A model generated the notes under the pieces. The model made no database searches and was not told where the DNA came from. It was given only the letters and a program-made list of their open reading frames with translations. Positions 59,141-64,000 of a DNA stretch of 64,000 bases are shown here, one piece after another. Source of the DNA: Phoronis australis (Eukaryota > Animalia > Phoronida); assembly GCA_002633005.1 (NCBI GenBank), contig NMRA01000024.1:575803-639802 (forward strand). The letters run 5' to 3'. The position numbers and the translations under genes were made by a program. Position 1 is the stretch's first letter; each line of letters opens with the position of its first letter.

Positions 59141-60220
59141 AACTACCTTGTCGAGCGTGTGTGTATATGATATGTGTCTTCGTATTTATGCATGAATAGG
59201 ACTTGCTGTAAATGAAATTTGTTCTATTAAACTTTATTTTTCCAATCCAGGGATCCTGCACTTTTTATACCCGCGAAAGGTACGGTGATAATACGAAGTT
59301 ACCTTGAAATGCGCTAAATTGCGGGGATTTATGGTAAAACACAACATTTATACAAGTGCCCTCGTGATAGCGTATATTTCCGGGCGCAATTCGTGTAGTT
59401 CTCACTTGGCCGACTGTCGCTGTTATTGAACGGGAATCTGTTTATTTTTATATTGTAACGAGTGATTTTGCGAAACATTCCAGGACCATAGTTAGAATAT
59501 TCCACTGACGCAACTCTTTTTTATAATTTAAAATGTCAGAGGCCAAAATTGTTGTGACAATTTGGGCCTGCAGCGCTGACCCAAATTTAAGTTTTAAAAT
59601 TGTGACAATTTGTGACGTTTTGACAATTTGGGCCTGCACAGAGGGCCCAAGGATACTCGCTAAACACTGATTTTTTGCCAGGACATGTGAGATATTGCAT
59701 GAAATTTGGTTTGCGAAACACTACCTTGGTCATTTCGATTTGTACATTACGTAGTGTACATAAAACGGCAGGTGCGTTTGCTTTATTTTTTTTTTCATTT
59801 TTGTTTGTCGATAACAGTCAGTGTTTTATTCCGTCAAACCCGAATTTGCTAATTTGGTATACTCGTAATACCTGCAATTCGATGGCACAATTTTATAAGC
59901 GAAAAGTGAATAGCGTCATTAGGCTTCAATAGAAGATGAGTAAAATGGGTAAAATCAGTGAATGTAGGTTGTTTATCATTCATGTATTGCACGGAGATAA
60001 ATACACCATTGGACTGACAAAGTTCTGTCCATTCTATGTTTTTGTACAGTGCTTGAGGGAAATGATAGTGTTTCGTGGACAAAAATAACATATTAATAGA
60101 GCTATACTTGACACACGTCAATCCACGTTACTGCACGATAGTTGAACCTGAAACTTTTTATTTTTGTCATCAAATGTGTTGTTCCTTCCAGTAAAGTCTG
60201 CGCAGCGTCATGTGAGCCTG

Positions 60221-60455
60221 GGGCCAGCTCCAAGAAACTGACTTAAGTTCATTTTTGACTTAAGTTTAAGATTTGTCTTCAATTCCGAACTTTGAAACTA
60301 CCACATTCTGTTAGTGAAATTTAAGACACACAGTTAATTCAAACTTAAAATCTCTTTCTTGAATTGGTTTTGAGACAAATTTAACTTTTATTTTAAAATT
60401 TACTAAAAAAATTTAGGATTTGTCTTAGCTAAGTCAGTTTTGTTGGAACGCGCCC
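60221..60455. mobile_element. PIF/Harbinger-type MITE with CTG TSD
   Basis: gggccagctccaagaaactgactta / taagtcagttttgttggaacgcgccc; ctg on both flanks. Confidence 0.65.
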
Positions 60456-63400
60456 CTGGTTTCTTACGAGTCTGGCAATATCACCCAAGAAGATGTCATC
60501 ATTCGTCACAAGCGAAGCTTTCACTAGCGAATTCAGTTTCGGAACACTTCGGCTAAATACAAGAAATTCAATAAAAAGTAATTATTTTTACTGTAAAGGA
60601 TAAATAGTAGTTTCCGATCACAAAGAAACACGCGAAATCAGCGGGATCTGAGCTGTAAATATTCTGAGAGTATTTTCACCTGACAAATCACATTTTGTAG
60701 TTGGATAGAGTATTACTATAAATTTTATAGTTCATTATTAACTTCCGAAGTTTAAAGTCCTTTTCGGTAAAAGATGATAGTGGACCACATTATCACACTT
60801 GCAAAGCACTAGATGGCGCAGTGAAGAGCCAGTCACGGAGCAGACGAAGAAACTCATGGCTTCAAAACTGCTACAAGATCGGAGGGCCTAGTAAACGGAA
60901 AGGTTCTTGCACGAGTTTTGGCAGTTCCTGCAGAACTCTCAGTTACGGTGACAGTTCCAATTCTGGATGCATTATCAACTTCAAGGCCTCCCCAATTTTG
61001 AGAACCAGTTTAATGCCCCGTTATTCGGCCGAGAAAACTGGTTCCGTAATGCTGGACTCTAGTAAGCGCCTATTGCCATGCTTGAGATTTGGGGATATTT
61101 TACTGTAGATTAGGGACAAATACTGGAGATTTTCCATGTCATTATCAATCAATTAGTGATAAAAGAAATTACAATTTCTCAGTAAGTGCTTTGCCCGCTA
61201 GAGCTTTGAAATTTCGATATACTTTTGGAAAGATTGAAGGACACGACGCAATTAATCTAGTTGACTGTATGTCTTGGAAAATTTCGTATTTATCGACAGC
61301 GTCTTAAAAACACAACTCCCAATTTGACATACTTTAAAAAGGAAGTCTTCGAGTATTTAAAATTGAAAAATACTTATTTTACAATAATCTGAAATTCGAA
61401 GATTTTAATAACAGATGGGCCTCCATGGTACTTGTATTTTGAGTTGTAAATGACTCCACCAGAAGTGTTCATGTGCGTATGATTATTTTCTCTTCATTTT
61501 CACGTGTTTGTAAAAAGAACTATGTTTTGGAATAATAAAAAACTGTTTTTATTTATTGCTGATGCTTGGTGTGACCCACGATTGAAAGTGCTCATCAAGG
61601 ATTCAGTCAGTAAAGTTAAAGCTTTTGTGTAAATTCAGTGTATTGGTATTTTTAAAATGTGAACCCCAGTGGGTACATGTGGAAGATGACATAAGTCAAT
61701 AATTCTAGTAACCCGCCTCAGGCATGCCAACGTAAAATTTACCACCCACATCGACTAGGTAGCCGGGAACATTATGTATAGGAAATAAAATCTGTAGTAC
61801 TAAAGATACTGCTCACTAAAAGGATACTAAATACGTTTTTGCCTATCAGCTGATTTAAATGCCAATTTCTAATCGTTAAAACACTTCAAGCTACATTGTG
61901 CAACTGTTTACCTGGGAAAAACGAAAATCAAATTAGGCATTCTACTCTCATGAACTCGGTCTGACTCATGATATTCCTTAGGGTGATAGAAACCTATTTC
62001 CGTTAGGAAAACTTACAAAAAACATTAGGAAATCGAGAAAACACTTCAGAGATAATTAGGGTTGGCCTACGCTAAATTGCGAATTCAAAATGTCGCATTG
62101 CCTTGAGTTACTAACCGTAATGGAAACCTATCATGGTAATAAAGAATGTTATAGAACTGATTTTACGAAAGTAAACCGCCTAATTCGATTTGTGTTTTAG
62201 CCAGCTAAACAGCGAGAAATGTAGCTTTAAATACTGCATGTAAATACTAATTAGTAGACCTGTAAGAGTTTGATTCAAGTTCGTCAACTTCTCAGTAAGC
62301 TTGCAAACGTGACTAACTCATAGGGCGAGCTAATGGACGTCTGTGAGGAAAGGCTGCACGTCTCGAGCCACCGGATCTGTATCCTCTACGTGACACATTG
62401 AAGACAATGGTCTGTGACTCATAATAAAGAGTTTGGCGTATATAAAACTTAAGTTTCAAGTTATAACTTAACTTTTTAATATAACTGAAGTTTTTCGTGC
62501 TATCAAAACTTATGTTTTTCTGATAACTTGTTTTGTTAAAAATAGTACTGCTATCAGAGTTTGAATTTGAAACAAGATGGAAAATGTCCTTAGTTTATCC
62601 AATGTGCTTTCAAAAGCTCACAAATTCTTGCAGCCATTTGTTTCAAAGTGCATACGCGAAAGTATGCTTGTGAGATTAAACTTACAGTTCTAACCCCGGT
62701 TGTGCCTGTTGAATCTCCATGTAACATTAGTATGGGGAGATTTCAGAGCTGTGCTCGAGACTGCTGGTTAGAAATACGACTAGCGCTGCTCATTATGTAG
62801 AGCTGTACATTGCGTTTTCAGAGTAACAAAGAAAAGTTCATAAAAATAATGGGAATTGAAATTTATCGCAGTTGCCAACAGTTTCATCACCTGATCATTA
62901 TATTCCTTAGGTTATAATTGTCATAGAACTTGAAATAAAAAGTTACAAAATATGTTATCTGGTTAGCCTGAAGTCCAACATTTATTAACAAATTAAGTAT
63001 TGTTACATGCATGGTTTGCTCTAGATTGTGATTGGATGGTAGCTTACCATGTGCATATTTTGTATTCAAGTTGTTTGGAATAAATTTGTTTTGAATGTCT
63101 TAGTAGTGAATCCATGGTTAAAACTCTATTCAAAAAAACTGCAAAACCCACCCATTGCAGCGCATGCTTAGAGTAAACTTGCGCACTTGTACTTGAATCC
63201 TGGAGAGTGATTGGTTAAGTTTTGAGTTTGAAGACTTGTATCTGGGCTCTGTATATACGTCAGTAAGTGCATGCGAGTTTTACAAATCAATGTTGTATAT
63301 TAAACAACATAATAAATATCCAGCAAGTTTACTTATCTTATACTGATAGCTTAAACCTGTCTGTTATTAAATTTTGGTGTCTTTATTGCAAAGTGTGACT

Positions 63401-64000
63401 TTAACTATCGTTGCAAAAGGATGGCTACCCAGACAACACAACGTACGCACTCATGAACTGTAGCTCATGGACCTATGAATTCAGTTATCTGATCTCAGAA
63501 ACGTTTGTTGTCACAAAACATGGATTATTTGCCTATGAAGCTAAGCGAGCTGATGCAGCTAAAAGAGATTAAGTGGTTTGTAGTTTGGCATAGATATATG
63601 TATGAGGTAGCTATAAATTAAAAGTCAAATGTCTACGTTTTCTAAATTCCGCCTCGTATAACCAGGTTGTACCTAGGGTTGCTTTCACTGAAGCTTGTTC
63701 GCGCCACGGAGTGTATAGGATTTACTGTTGATTGTCAACAATACGAAACTTTGACTTTTAAATTTATATTTTGAACGGTTGAAAATCATGATAGGTAATT
63801 TTAGGCACTATTTCTGGCCTAAGGATCGCGGGAAAAGTCTAGCAGTACTTCCCCTAAAATCACATCTGTGACCCTTCCCGACAAATTGTCAGTTACTTGT
63901 TACTTGTTACGTTTTATTTTATGCTCTTGTCTCTGGGGACATTCTTGAATTTTGCATCGCCATTGTGTTCGTTAAGGTTTTCCCCGAACCCCGTCTCGGT

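Noticed and set aside
60781-61108. GC-richer patch with short ORFs and a single gcactagatggcgc CTCF-like motif
   Set aside because: No splice-consistent exon or recognisable domain; a lone motif is weak evidence

Overview
Eukaryotic, AT-rich, intron-containing invertebrate genomic DNA, probably a marine lophotrochozoan (inference from gene structure, repeat families and the protostome-like UNC5 C-terminus ...GAWL). Four protein genes: (1) the 3' part of a netrin receptor unc5 (+; 12 exons at 528-13252; TSP1-TM-ZU5-UPA-death domain); (2) an intronless ~1350-aa acidic orphan ORF made of three fused ~405-430-aa whole-gene repeats (+, 22283-26344); (3) a 6-exon, 429-aa matrin/JAZ-type four-zinc-finger protein with a G/S/Y/Q low-complexity tail (+, 27418-42910); (4) a secreted MACPF protein with an intronless CDS resembling sea-anemone PsTX-60/AvTX-60A toxins (-, 53973-55451). 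Introns and intergenic DNA hold many transposon relics: Helentron-type HINEs, hAT5-like, Harbinger, pogo-like and foldback elements, a THAP relic split by a tRNA-SINE, and HERO and CR1/L2 fragments. Most notable: two unrelated repeat families carry regularly spaced, oriented arrays of CTCF-consensus motifs. No CRISPR, rRNA or genuine tRNA was found. All calls were made by eye, without database searches.
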